Assembly (NCBI GenBank): GCA_013239625.1
Contig: MU054187.1
Span: 4,413,757 to 4,477,756, forward strand
Source of the DNA: Lama guanicoe
Lineage: Eukaryota
Reading direction: 5' to 3'
Length of the DNA: 64,000 nucleotides
In this document: positions 24,867 to 35,720 of the stretch, piece after piece
How positions within the stretch are numbered: the first letter of the stretch is position 1
Layout: every line of letters starts with the position of its first letter
Made by a program: the position numbers and the translations under genes
The notes under the pieces: model-generated
What the model saw: the letters and a program-made list of their open reading frames with translations, nothing else
Database searches by the model: none
What the model was told of the DNA's origin: nothing

Positions 24867-24975
24867 TGGGAGGGTAATTAGATCTATTTAATTTTTTAGA
24901 GGCGACACTGGGGATTGAACCCAGGACCTCAGGCAAGCTAAGCATGTGCTCTACCACTGAGTTCTCCCCTCCCCC
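24807..24975 (-). mobile_element. Camelid tRNA-derived SINE (Vic-1-like) with TSD
   Basis: Minus strand gggggaggggagaactcagtggtagagcacatgcttagcttgcctgaggtcctgggttcaatccccag; TSD ttccatcattctt at 24794-24806 and 24979-24991. Confidence 0.9.
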
Positions 24976-27900
24976 ATCTTCCATCATTCTTAAATGTGAA
25001 GTATATATGAACACATTATCACCCATGCTCTATGGTTGCTCTAAAACTATAAAAAGGGAAGCAACCGGGAATCTGACAATGCTTGATTCTACCATATCTA
25101 AATTAAAGGAGGCTTGTAGGAGGAATGTTGACATTCTTGTCCCTGTACTTCGAATCTAAAATGCATTCGAGCCATTGGTGTATTAGAGAATTTCTTTCCC
25201 TTTGACACATCTGCTTTCCTTACACTTGAAACAAATGGCATTACTTGAAAAGAGGAGAGGACATAATTCAGGTGACGGTGAGTCACCCCTGGAAGTGAAC
25301 GTTTTTGAGCCCTGCCTGGTTATCTTCGCTCCGTGCTTGGCATCTTGCTGCTCAGTGAAGCTGGCAGCTGAACGGAAAATGCAGCTTGGGAATCGGAGCA
25401 CTGAGAGCCCCTTTGTTAGGACGCTGAGAATATGATGACTTTTCAAACTTGCCCTTAGTGTTACTGTAATACAGTAAATAAAGACGTTTCCGTGGGGGAG
25501 ATATTTTGTGTGGTTTTGAATGCGGTGAAACTCGGTCTTGTTCTGTCCTGCGTTTAGGATGCTGCTGGGCTGGAGCCTGTCTCTGCTTTCTTTCTGCCCT
25601 CCCTCCTCATTCTCCCCCTTCTCTATCTAACCCTCTTCCTCCTTCAACCCACCTGCTTACAAGATGGATCTTACTTGTGGCCCTGTCTGTCCTGGCTCTC
25701 TTAGCGGCCCTGTGCTATGTATGACCTGGACTTCCTCCAAGGTCCTGATGAGAATTCCCACTACCAGCAGTAATGAGGCTTGAGCCGTGACGCCACCCCT
25801 CCCTTCCTGCTGCAGACTTGTGCTCCCACAGACCCCTCCCTACGTCACCGGCCCCAGGAGGCAGCAGTCAGCCCCTCTGCTGGATCCACGGTGCTGCCTC
25901 TCCGCTGTTGACTCAGATCCACCTCCCAGATGGTTTTGCCAGTGTTCTTTGCTGTATCTTTTCTCAGTTGATTTGGGAAGAAAACATTCTGCTCTATTAG
26001 CATCCCAACTTTGTAGCAGAGAACAGAATAATGGTTGTGTTCAGCGGGAGACACTGAGGCTCAGCCAGAAGTTTTATGTTCTCTTTGAAATCAAGACTTA
26101 CTCTCTTATCTGCAGCGCTCATTTCTCACAGTGGAACTCGAGCAGTGTGTCTCCTGATCTTGCCGCGTGTTCTTCCCGACCCGACACGTTAGCCTCTTTC
26201 ATTAGGTGTTTTGTTTGTCTGTTTGTTCGTTTGTTTTGGAAATTTGCACGACTTTAAAAATTTGACTTTGTTACACGGTTGCACATAGGTTATGGTTTGT
26301 CCTGAGATTAAACAAGTAAACAGATACTTCTCAAATCTGTTGCAGTGCCAAGTGAAAGTTTCTAAAACCCACAGAGTATCCCATGTTGAGTTGCTGCTCA
26401 GAATGGGATAAATGAGTGGGTTCCCCCCTGCCCCACCCCCCACAGATGCACACCCAGAGGTGACCTTTGATTTAAACTTCACTGAGTTTGCCTCCTTATT
26501 TGCTTTCGGTATTGATCTGACCTGAGCACCATCAAAGAGCAAACCATGTAAGCAGGAGTATTTCAATATGTAGTGATATATGCAGTTCTTTAAACCCTTC
26601 AAAGCCTGAGAATTTGAATTTTTCTTCTCCAAGTCCTGTCTTTTTGAATCTCTGTAGTATAAACTTAGATTTTTTTTCCTTAGACTGAATTTCCCTGATT
26701 AATACCCAGTCATACTTTTATGTATGTATTTTTACTCCGTTTTATCGTTTAGTTAAAGGAGAAAAACATCTAGGGGAAGGTTTTGGCTTTTGAGGGTTTT
26801 TTGAGACCATTAAGTTATTGATAGACTTTTCATGTATTCATGGCATTTAAGTACAAGTTTGTTAATTTTTTTTTCCAACTTAGTCTCTAATCCTGGCCTC
26901 TGATTAGTCTTCTACAAAACCTGTTATCAACAGTAAATGATTCTAATTGTTACATGTGATGATTTAAAAAAAACAACACAATACTTAGCACTTTTTCAGG
27001 TTTTTGTACACAAGTGTGCGATTTGGCTTTTCTTCCTCTAAGGGGAAATTTGATTATTTCATTGATTTAAAATGTTTCCAATTTATGCTGCACACTCTGG
27101 TCATAAAGATGAAGTTCTGTTTTAAGGAGGAGCGCTACCTTTCACATTTTTTAGTAGCATCTCTTTTCCAAGAGTACCGTTCCTGACTGCGTCTTCTGCC
27201 TTGTTTCCGACGTTAGTTAGAATTGGGAAGCAGACGCTTTTTTTCTGTCTTCCTTGCTGCGGCTTGGGGCCACCAGTCCTCGTCATCTTGCTCCTCCTTT
27301 TCTCTGTCCAGCTGCTGTTTGCATGTCGTCTCAGAGGATGCTCTGCTGTCTTTGGTCTCTGTTACCTGAGCAGGTAGGCGTCACCAAAACCTGACACATG
27401 CAGGGACTGTCTGGGCTTGAGATGCAGGCTGTAGGGGACTCGGTGAATTCCAGATTGTTCTGGCCTAGTAAACCCCCCAATATTTGTTTCTTAATCTTCA
27501 AAAGGTACTTTTAGGAGGTTGATTGTACCTACTGAAAAAGCAGGTCATTCTCACCGTGAGTGACAGCTGATGACATAAAAATGTGTTGTAGACTTTTTCC
27601 ACTTACATTTTAAAGCTCAGGCATTGCTCACTCTGGATCCGGTGGCCAGGCCGCTGTCACTCCTCACATCAGCCCTAGGACATTATCAGTGTCTGTTCTG
27701 TTTACTCAGAACTGGGTCGTATTTTCTGTATGAAATCGAGGAGTGTTTGAGATGGAGATGTTGCAGGTTTCACTTTAACTCCTTATTGTACAGAGGAGAA
27801 AACTGAGACCACTTTACAGTTGCCTTCACTTAATATAAATGCAGCAAAGATATCTTTTTCTATTGTTGTTAATGTAGGTATTCTTCATGTAACCAAAATA

Positions 27901-28325
27901 TTTATAAAAAATAACTAGTGCATTAAGTCATATTAAAGGTGATCAGCCTTCAGTATGCACCCCAGGAAGGGACAGCTTTGTTTAAACTGGGGCCTCTGGG
28001 AGCAGAGCTGGCTTCCAGGAGTGTCCTCAGTGGCCATGTGGTTGCACTTGCTCCTTTAATAGTTCACCTAACACACGGGCATCCACAGTACCATGTGAGA
28101 AGGCAGGGCTGGTACTCTTGAGAAGCTCAGAGATAATCTGCCAGAGTTGTTACCTGACCCCCTGTTTCTGTAAATTTAGCATCTGGTGGGGCCACCAGAA
28201 ATCCCTGAGGAAGCTGAGCAAAGTATAGCAGCCCTGCATTAGGGTTTATGAACTGGCATGTCCCCGTGTCCTTCTGGGGTAGCCCTGCAGGGTGTTGCCC
28301 GAGGTGCCTGGGATTAGGTTCCAGG

Positions 28326-28982
28326 TGAAACCGAGAAGGATCCTGGGGGGCCTTCCTGGGGATAGGCCTCCCTGCCCCTGTCCCCCTTGTCCCTTGACTC
28401 TAGTTTGTGAAAAAGCTTTAACCTCCTAGGCCTTCCCCCAGTTCCAGAGAACAAGTTTTGTCAGAAAAGTTTTTTAAAAAATGCAGAAACAAAGGAAAGC
28501 AGCCAAGCAAGACAAAATAATAACGATTTAGTTGTAAAACAAAGTCAAGGACCTTTAGTTCCTCTTCAGGGTGTATAGATAATACCCTGAGCCAGAGCCT
28601 TGAGTTATTTTGCAGATACTGAAACCTCCAACAGATGGACAAAGTTAACTGCAGGCTGACCACCAACAGGCAGACCCCAGACTGATTGGAACCAAAAGGT
28701 TGATGATTGAGATTCCTCAAACATCACCCTGTTACCTCACCACCAGCCAATCTGAAAATTGTGCATGAGCTGATCACACACCCTGCAACCCTCTCCTTCG
28801 CTCTGTCTTTAAAACCCTTCCCGAAAGCCATCGGGAAGTTCGGGTCTTTTAAGCATGAACTGCCCATTCTCCTTGCTTGGCGCCCTGCCATAAATGCTGT
28901 GCTTTCCTTCACCACAACCTGGTGTCAGCAGATTAGCCTTGCTGCTCATCGGGCAAATGGACCCACATTCACTTTGTTGACA
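28326..28982 (+). mobile_element. ERV1-class solo LTR (~657 bp)
   Basis: TG...CA termini (tgaaaccgag...ttgttgaca); U3-R-U5 order of CCAAT (agccaatc ~28745), TATA-like ctttaaaaccc (~28807) and poly(A)-like cataaa (~28889); no clean TSD. Confidence 0.8.
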
Positions 28983-31900
28983 GGGTGAAGCTGGCCGTGT
29001 TAACAGCCAAGGATCTCAGGCCCCCTCCTCGCTGGCCACTCTTTAGGGAGGAGAGATGAGCCCTGGGAAAGTTGGGAGGGCAGGTCCCCATGAGAGACTC
29101 CCATGTGTGGGACGTGTTAAAAATGCAGAGGCTTTGGTCAGTCTGCACTTGACTCAGAGTGAACCCACCTCCCCTGGAGTGAATGCGATGTCTTCAACAC
29201 CTGCTTGATTCTTTGCTGGTTGGCAGGGAACTGAGGGTGCCCTGAGGAACCCTGGGCAGTGTCCCCATGAGCACAAAAGCCCTCGTCACCAGCTCCTTGT
29301 TCCCTTTAGAACGTCTTGCCATCCCTGGGGAAGGTCTTATCAGTGTGGGGTCTCACTGAGTTCACATGGTTTTGCATTTTACTTCCTGGAACTTTTGTTT
29401 GCACAATTTTTAAAAGAGTAAATAAGTTATTTCTGTTTAGAGGACTGTGAGGAGCAGTGGGAGGTGCACTGGGAATGTCCTGCTCTGCCTCTAACCTTGG
29501 TCTGAGTGGCTCCAAGAGAGGTCAGTCTCCTCTGAAGGTGCCTCTTCTTTGACCTGCTGCTCCTTGGGTCATTCCCTTATTTTTTTTTTTTCCTGCAAAA
29601 CATTTACATTTGTTTACTTTTGATTGGGACATAGATTATTGTCCCCAAAACTAATTCATCTGTGTCCTGTGACAATTTATTGACTGTCTAGCCATCAAAA
29701 GCAGTTTGCTTTTCTCTGACATTTCATTTTCCCAATATCCCAAAGACTGCTCACAAAGAGAAATTGCTGTGCCCACACTTACAGGACCAGGAGCGGATGC
29801 TCTAGGGCTCCCCCTAGACTAGGACCAGCATTTTTTAAGCTCAATTTTAATGAGGCTTTAAGTGTCCCTTTATGATTTTTCCTTTCTCTACCATCCTTAT
29901 TTCAGCAACCTTGTTAGCATACAGTTTATTGGTAAAATAAATTTTAGGGACAAATGTACACACTGCTTTTTTTTTTTAAAAAAGGGGTTTAGAATTGGGA
30001 AAATCTTAATTAGTAGGGCACAGCACAGTAACTTAACCACATGAATAAACATTAAGTGGAAATGTTCATTTTAGCACCAGATAGGACCACCCTTTTCATC
30101 TAAAACATGGTGGTGTTTCCAACTCTTCTCTTGGTCTGCTCTTTTACCAAAACTTAAAACATCCTATCATGATGATGTGTTTTGGTGTTCCTCATCACTT
30201 AATTGGTGGTGATATTTCAACCAACATGTTAGCAATTGTTCTTCTGTGATATGGTGTCTCCCCGCCACATACTGACTCGTCAGTATTCTGTAGCTCCTGC
30301 CTGTTTGGGAGATGCCGCCATCAGAGGAAGTCACTGCAGGTGTGCCGTGAGCTGGGGAGACTTGTGGCCGGTAGGGAAGGCAAGGGCCTCACCCTGATGG
30401 TGAAATTCACTCACCAACGTGGTCACCAGCTGTCACAAACGTGCGGCATCTAGGTTTTGTGCTGCGCGGATTGGCGGCGGAAGAACTCCAGGGCTTCAGC
30501 GCTTCCTGGTGTGAACATCTGGTAAGCGAGGATGTCCCCTGAGCTGCTGCCTACATCACCACCTCCAGTTTCAGCTCTGAGACTCGGCAGTCCTATAGTC
30601 ACCTGCCCACCACGTGGTTGATGGACAGCCAGCCTCGGCTGTGAGTCAGGACGCGGCGCTAGGAGCTGAAGGTCCTTCCTGGTTCCTGGGTCTTTCCTGT
30701 ATGAAAGAAGCCGGGGTCGAGCTTCAGACCTTGGTAGGACTTGGGCTCAGATATGCCATGTACACTCTCCGACCCTTACTTTCCTCGTGTTTACCATGAG
30801 GAGAGATGGATTCCGATTCCTCTGCTTCTGTAAGACATGATTTTTGATTGACTCTTCCAATCAGGCAGGAAGTTAGAACAAGCAATGCCGTTGGACTGAA
30901 GATAGTGTTATTCCTTCTTTTCATAGAACCACACTCTGTGCTTGATCCAGGATATTCCACTAGTTACGTTTGTGATGGAGACGTTTTCAAATCACAGATG
31001 TCAGTTGATTTAAAAATAGAACCTGTGCGTTTTGATTAAGCTGTTGGGAAACAGGGTTCGGCTGCTTTTTCCTGATCTTCTAACTAAATGCAATGGGAAT
31101 GAGAATTGTGGGCGAAGTGATGATGTCACTCAGAGGTGACACTGTGTGACCCACTTGGTTTGGGGCTGCCTCTTACACAGACTGTTTTATACAACATACT
31201 TGTTCCCAGCTTATTCAGATTTCTGGTTTACCTGGGTTTTTCGCTGTGCAAGTTTAAATTTTGCCCAGTGGGATCTCCCCATCACATTTCTTAAGAGAGG
31301 GGAGCTAGTTGAGTGACGTCAGCACAGCTCCTGGAGAACAGTCTAGGGGGGTAGGTGCTCTGGACGACCGTGGCACAGCTGGATGCGTGTGAGCTGTCTG
31401 CGTGCAGAGTTCCGTGGGCAGGACTGCACTTTTCTCGTGTCCTCAATGGAGGGGCCAAGGAGGAACTTCTTTCCTGTGTATGTTATTTTCCATGATCTGA
31501 AAGCCATAATCTGCATCAAAACTGGTTACCAAATCTCCCTGGATTCTTGTGTAAGGATTGACATAGATACAAAGCATCCGCCGTTAACATGCTGGGACCT
31601 TCTCTGATTCTGGATGTCCCACTTCACATTGTGGAAGTAGACCTGGCTCCCTCAGGGAACCAGGAAGGGACACTGTTTGCACTGAAGTGAATGAGATGAT
31701 TTTCCAAGGTGCGAGCATAACACAGTGGGGATTGGCTGCTATTTAAAGAACAGGAGTGAAAGCAGCAGGCACCTCACCCAGGGAAGGCGCGAGCGCTTTC
31801 TGACAATTACTGCCTTCTAGGATTTGAAGTCTCATCGACGGCTGATTATGCGCGCTGGACTTGTTAGTCCACTGGGCGTGCCCCTCCCCACGAGGGCAGG

Positions 31901-32149
31901 CAGCAGGTCAACGCCAGCCCAGGTGGCCTGTGATGGACACCCCATGTCATAATCAAGCCCCAAGGTGCATGGGAGCTTGCCTTTCAGACCTAAGCTGCAA
32001 TGTGAAACATGTGGTCTCAGGAAAACTTTCTTATAAATCAAGTGCTTTCATTTTCCTTCTGCAGTAAATCACCGACTAGTTCTTACGCCCATGGCAAGTT
32101 ATTTAATCTCTTTCTGCTTTCATAGTCTCACCCCATAATGCTAACGGCC

Positions 32150-32390
32150 AACCTGAGTACTTACATAGTGGTTACTATTGCCAAGCCCTGTTCTGGCTGC
32201 TTTACAGGCGTCACCTCGTTTAATCCTGACAACAGCTCTGGTTGGGTTCGGCTCTTGTCCCATTTTATAGATGAAGAAACCGAGGCACAGGGAGGTGAAA
32301 TAGCTCGTCTAGGGTTACGCCACTAAGAAGCAGTGAGTGAGGATTTGAGCCCAGGCAGATTGGCTTTGGGTTTCCACTCTCTTACATGAT
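32150..32390 (-). mobile_element. MIR SINE
   Basis: ctcgtttaatcctgacaacagctct...cccattttatagatgaagaaaccgaggcacagggaggtgaaatagctcg...ggatttgagcccaggcag. Confidence 0.9.
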
Positions 32391-33464
32391 AACTGTGTGC
32401 TTTCTGTCTGAGAAATTAACGTACCACTCCCTGATTCCTTTTGTTGGTTTGATTGTATGAATATACGTTTACCCTTTCGTGGGAGGTATTTGAACCACTG
32501 AATGCGATGACTTCTCACCTGATACTGACATATGTTTAGGGGGATTCGAGCTCCTTGGGAATTACTCTCTGCAGCCACTGGGGCACATGCTGAGACATCC
32601 GGGCGCTCAGGGCACCACGTGCACTTGTCCAAGCAAACCGTGTGCGCTCCTAGGGCGCCACCCACGTCAGCCATCATGGTTGTGATGTCTCCCAGGATGT
32701 GTAGTACGCAGCCTGGACCACTGTATGCACAGCCCTTTGTGAACTGATCGATAGCCTTGTTTACCAAACTTTCAGGAACATAGAGAAAAAGAATGCACTG
32801 TACCTGTGATAGCAGTTCATGCTATATAGCTCAGTTTAGCGCATCAGAGCTCCCTTTCAGTTAAAACTGTATGAATGAAAAAGATACATATTTTATATGG
32901 CAAACTTCTATATGCTAAAGCGCCTGCATGAAAGCAACAGCTACCAGGTCCGTAAGGATGCTGGAACCACAGCAGAAGAATCAGAGTAAGTCCCCGGGCT
33001 GATTTCTTATGGAGGTGAAATTGGCCGGGCTGTGGATATTACACTCACGAAATAATCGGCTTGGTAATTTTGCAAATTGTAGACCTCGTGCAGTAGAATC
33101 ACAAAACAAAAGCCAGTCTGAAGTATCTTGGCCCGCGTTTAGCTTCAGGCCAACAAAACTCACTCCTGCGCTGGAATCTGGGGATTCACGGATGCCCTTT
33201 AGCAGAGTGCCAGCTGTGCTTAAGATCTGGCGGCTCTTGGAATGTCACATAAAACAAGGGCAAAATAACTGCGTGGATGAATAGAAGCAAAGCCCGCAAA
33301 CTGCTTTGTCCGTTAAATACGTTCAGTATCGAATAGATTGTATGGCATTTATACTATTTAGTTTTGGGAAATAATGAGTTAACTGGCTAAAATAAAAGAC
33401 AGCTTTAATTTGTTAAAAGTCAAAGCTTAATAGCCTGTAAAAGAGTTATTTTAAAAATTAGAAA

Positions 33465-33760
33465 AGTGTAGGACCTACTGTAGAGCACAGGGCACTGTAT
33501 TCAGTATCTTGTAACAACCTATTATGGAAAAGAACCTGAAAAACTATATGTAGTTGAAATAAATATATATATTTGAAAAAGTATATATACGTCCTTTTTA
33601 AAAGTACATATGTGTGCTTTTTGAGAAAGTAGATGTGAAAAAGTACATATATATACATACTTTTCCATATGTGTAACTGAATCACATTACTGTATACCTG
33701 GAACTAACACAGCATTGTAAATCAACTATTCTTCAATAAAATTTTTTAAAAAATTAATAA
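33465..33760 (+). mobile_element. L1 3' tail (cetartiodactyl type)
   Basis: ggacctactgtagagcacagggcactgtattcagtatcttgtaacaacct...gtaactgaatcacattactgtatacctggaactaacacagcattgtaaatcaactattcttcaataaaa. Confidence 0.9.
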
Positions 33761-33814
33761 AGCGAAATGAATCTGACAGTGAGTCGGTGAGGGTAGGGCT
33801 GCGCAGTGGGGCTG

Positions 33815-33965
33815 GCTGTTGCCACGTTTATCGCGGGCGGAGACCTCGCGCTGGGCCCAGCACGCGTGTGGTTCAGGGCCACCGGAACGGCGTCCTCTAA
33901 CCGCTCAGAGCAGCACCGGGTGTGTGACGGCAGTCGCGGCTGCACCGTGTCCCGTCTCTGATGGC
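33815..33965 (-). mobile_element. MIR fragment, strongly GC-shifted
   Basis: gccacgtttatcgcgggcg...cgcgctgggcccagcacg...tcctctaaccgctcagagcagcacc...tgtcccgtctctg aligns by eye with the antisense MIR consensus. Confidence 0.5.
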
Positions 33966-34024
33966 GTGATCGCACTGTCCCTCTCTGCTGTGTCCCTCTT
34001 CAGTTAGAAAGCCGACAAGAAGAG

Positions 34025-34147
34025 CTACGAGGCGATGAGCTCCGTGAGGACAGGAAGTGTGTTTGTTGACTGACTGGCCTGTCCCCAGGCTCCGGAGCCG
34101 TGCCTGACCCCCGGGGGTGCTCCCGGGAGAGTCGCTGCATGAATGAA
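34025..34147 (+). mobile_element. L2 3' terminus, GC-shifted
   Basis: tgagctccgtgaggacagga...tgtccccaggctccggagccgtgcctgacc...gtgctc...tgcatgaatgaa. Confidence 0.75.
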
Positions 34148-35049
34148 GCGACCTGTTTATGGCTCTGCCCGGGCGGAATGCGCTCTACCCGAGCTTGTCG
34201 TTAACTGCTCCTCTTCCTCTCTCTCTCTCTCTCCTTACCCAGCGCACATTCATCAGGTAATGACGCTTCGTGAGTATGTGAAGAGGTCACTTCCTCTCCA
34301 GCAGTCACAGGGGGGTTCTGCCTGCGTGCAGTTGATACTTGTTTTGGTACATGACGGCTCTCTTGTTAAACCTGAGAGGTCGTTTCATGTGCATGATGAA
34401 CACTGAGATTTTCATGTTTTTAAAAATAGATTCTTCCTGTAGGAGGTCAGCGTGCTTGGCGACCAATTTGAGAATTTTGAAAAAAAAACATTTTTTTTAA
34501 TGTCAAAGTGAGACTTAATTTAAACTTTATCTTCTTTTACCTCTCTTTCAACAAACAGTTATTAGCATGAAAGCGTAATGGGTGACGTCCGCCTGCTGAA
34601 GTGCAGCGTTGATTCTGAATACCCGCCTGCCAGTCCTGAAACCCAGCCTGGAGCCCTGCAGCTTAAGCGCAGCTCATCACCCAGCGTCAGTCGGCGGCAG
34701 ACTGTTTACCAGACAGTATTTTGCAGTGGCTTTTCTCTAACTTAGTCCCTTTCAGAAGCACCTGCGAGTTCTTTTCAGGAAAAAAATGATCTGTTCATAG
34801 TTTGAGGATAAAAGCAGAAGCACTGGCTGTTCCTTTGGTGCAGGCTTGGCGGGGACTATATGGTGGTGTTGAGTATTTTTCCTTTTCAAGGGGATGTTAA
34901 CGCTGACTGACTGACGTGAGAGTCAGTGTTAATTTTGCTCTTCTCGCCCTGCGAGGCCTGATGCCCGCACCCCCAGCACCTTCCCTCCACGCCCTCCCTG
35001 CCTCACCATCTCACAGCACGTCTGGATGCGCCCTCTGCCTGTGGCCATC

Positions 35050-35720
35050 CTTCTCCTTACTGTCCTCTCCTCCTGCCCTTGGCTCTGCCTCTGTTATGTG
35101 CTCTCTGTGGGCTCTCGATCCTGATCTATGAACCAGAGACACGTTCCATTCATTCCTTTTGCCCTGACCTCAGGACCTTGTGACTTGCTGCTCGGTCTTC
35201 TGCTGCCCTCCCGTGTCAGAGTCTCCTCCCAGCCCTCTCTGTCCATCCACTTCCTTTGACCTACATGTGCACATCCACCAGGGCTCAGGCTCGGCCGCTG
35301 GGTCAGCCCACGCCCCGGAGCATCACAGCCATGCCTGGTTCCAGCTGTGTTTCCCCATCGACTATCCCAACCTCTGTGCCTCTTGCTAGACCCTCATAAT
35401 CAATGTCCCACTCCTGACTCCAATCCACCGTGTCAGGAATGGCTCCCCGATCTCCCTCCTAAGGCAGCATCCCCTCCTAGTGCCACTGAGCTTCCCAAGG
35501 AGCCATCTTTGGGAAACCTAGGGGAATCACCTGAGTCCTGGGCATCCACTCATTAAACATTTTTGGTCTTTGACGCTTTCATGTTTGCCCTTTTCTTTCT
35601 GTCTTTCCAGTTCCAAGCTAACCCCCATCTTCTCTTATTACATAGAGTTGTTGAAACTGCCTCCGATTGCTCACTCTGTCCCACAGGTGTTCCATTTTCC
35701 ATCTTCCCTGCGTGTTGCCT
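35050..35720 (+). mobile_element. L2 body fragment (degenerate)
   Basis: Pyrimidine-rich L2-like motifs such as gaaacctaggggaatcacctgagtcct and ttccaagctaacccccatcttctctt...actgcctccgattgctcactctg. Confidence 0.55.

Noticed and set aside
32080..32390. Oppositely oriented MIR fragments as a second hairpin
   Set aside because: The arms are too diverged for a visible continuous stem, unlike 1305-1390.
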